From contig NC_057720.1 of the NCBI RefSeq assembly GCF_004010195.1, forward strand, positions 323,636 to 359,102: DNA of 35,467 nucleotides. The letters run 5' to 3'. Shown piece by piece: positions 34,262 through 35,467 of the stretch. A model generated the notes under the pieces. The model had not been told where the DNA came from and ran no database searches. It worked only from the letters and a program-made list of their open reading frames with translations. This DNA is from Chiloscyllium plagiosum (taxonomy: Eukaryota). The translations under genes and the position numbers were made by a program. The stretch's first letter is position 1; every line of letters begins with the position of its first letter.

Positions 34262-34510
34262 CTGGTCCACCTGGGAGCTGTTGATGGAGATGGAGAGGTC
34301 CAGGAAGGGGAGGGAGGTATCTGAGATGGTCCAGGTGAATTTACTGTCAGGGTGGAATGTGTTTGTGAAGTTGATGAACTGTTAAACCTCCTTGTGGGAG
34401 CACGAGGTGGAGCCGATATGGTCATCGATGTAGCGGAGGAAAAGGTGCCGGGTGTAACTGCGGAAGATAGACTGTTCCATGTAACCGACAAAGAGACAGG
34501 CATAGCTGGG
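34262..34510 (-). mobile_element. Penelope-like RT fragment inserted in CR1 ORF1
   Basis: Homologous to 12205-12435 ([24 protein letters not shown]). Confidence 0.8.
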
Positions 34511-34833
34511 GTGACTAACTTGCTGAATGTTCTATCCACCACATTCTCAGCCTCATGGATGCTCCGTAGTGAGTCCATCCGCAACTCTGGGCACTCCATG
34601 TGATAAATCATATGCTGCAGCTGAACATACTTCCTGAATATATGGCTACCATGGAGATGGGAAGTGTCCCTAATTTCCGACATATTATAGGAAGAGCATT
34701 TCACAGGCCCAAACTCTCCTGTCATTTCAAACCTTACCTACATGAATCAACTTTATCACTGACAGAAAATAAACCAGGAACTGATTATACAACCTTATCC
34801 ACTAGTCACCAAATGTGAGTCTCTTATTCCCAC

Positions 34834-35018
34834 CGGACGGAGGTGGGTACTGCAGATGCTGGAGATTAGAGTCAGGATCAGAGTGGTATCGGAAAAGCAC
34901 AGGTCAGGCAGCATCCGAGAAGCAGGAAAATCAAGGTTTTTGCCTGAAACATCGATTTTCCTGCTCCTCAGATACTGCCTGATCTGCTGTGCTTTTCCAG
35001 CACCACTCTAATCCTGAC
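34834..35018. mobile_element. Short fold-back PLE family-A element with probable 14-bp TSD
   Basis: TCTCTTATTCCCAC (34820-34833) versus TCTCTTACTCCCAC (35019-35032); 34870-34933 is inverted relative to about 34953-35021. Confidence 0.8.
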
Positions 35019-35074
35019 TCTCTTACTCCCACTCTCTATTCCCAGCAGGCTATAGCAACAGCAAGTCAGTTGTG

Positions 35075-35205
35075 AGGGATAGTCACTCAACTCGAGATGT
35101 TAACTCTGATTTCTCTCCACAAGATGCTGCCAGACCTGCTAAGCTTTTCCAGCAGCCTTTGTGGTTTTGTTCTGATTTACAACATCTGCAGTTCTTTCAG
35201 TTTTT
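35075..35205 (+). mobile_element. PLE family-C pLTR remnant
   Basis: gttaactctgatttctctccacaagatgctgccagacctgct, homologous to 3984-4080. Confidence 0.6.
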
Positions 35206-35306
35206 ACAAAAACTTAATACCTTATCACTCTGTCCATATACAACTCACTCAAACTGGAAACTTGGTTTCTGAATCAAGCCAAGGTCACTTTGAGTCACCT
35301 TCAAAG

Positions 35307-35467
35307 ATTTATCCCACTGTTCATCCCCAGGGTCACTCTCACTGACCGCCCCCCCCAGGTATTTATTCCCACTGTTCACCCCCAGGGTCACTCTCACTGA
35401 CCCCCCCCAGGTATTTATCCCACTGTTCACCCCCAGGGTCACTCTCACTGACCCCCCCCCCAGGTAT
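35307..35467. repeat. About 53-bp minisatellite, 3 copies, truncated by the window end
   Basis: ATTTATCCCACTGTTCACCCCCAGGGTCACTCTCACTGACCCCCCCCAGGT starting at 35307, 35361 and 35413. Confidence 0.9.

Larger units (their letters stand above)
30840..34730 (-). mobile_element. Near full-length old CR1 LINE: ORF1 (zinc-finger-like N-terminus plus SGNH esterase-like domain) and decayed ORF2
   Basis: VKCSS..M.EIRD..HIFRKYVQLQ (34500-34720); SGLLPVP..LNMWLKSWCRRE.F...DHW..DGLHLN (33945-34229); GLYHRLPNS..GFNFPDITW endonuclease; RT motifs towards 31000. Confidence 0.85.

Overview
Vertebrate genomic DNA, most likely a shark or ray given the HE1-type SINEs and the CR1 and Penelope families. It is not prokaryotic, so nearly all ORF-track calls are artefacts or retroelement debris. 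The window lies inside a minus-strand clade-B fibrillar collagen gene, closest to collagen alpha-1(XI) with some COL5A3-like residues. Eleven phase-0 Gly-X-Y exons (54,45,45,54,45,54,45,54,108,54,54 nt; 612 nt, 204 aa) have canonical AG/GT sites. One expected 54-nt exon is not visible and probably lies in the N-gap at 28487-29011. Two ~12-kb introns are packed with nested CR1 LINEs, Penelope-like elements (PLEs), HE1 SINEs, Rex1/Babar and L2-type fragments and minisatellites. The most notable structure is a recurrent set of PLE-derived fold-back insertions, many only ~180-200 bp, from three families. Several have 13-16 bp target-site duplications and carry minimal hammerhead ribozyme cores near the fold axis, and two intact cores lie on the collagen pre-mRNA strand. 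Exon coordinates are exact; repeat boundaries are approximate. Comparisons to human collagens are from memory, not a search.
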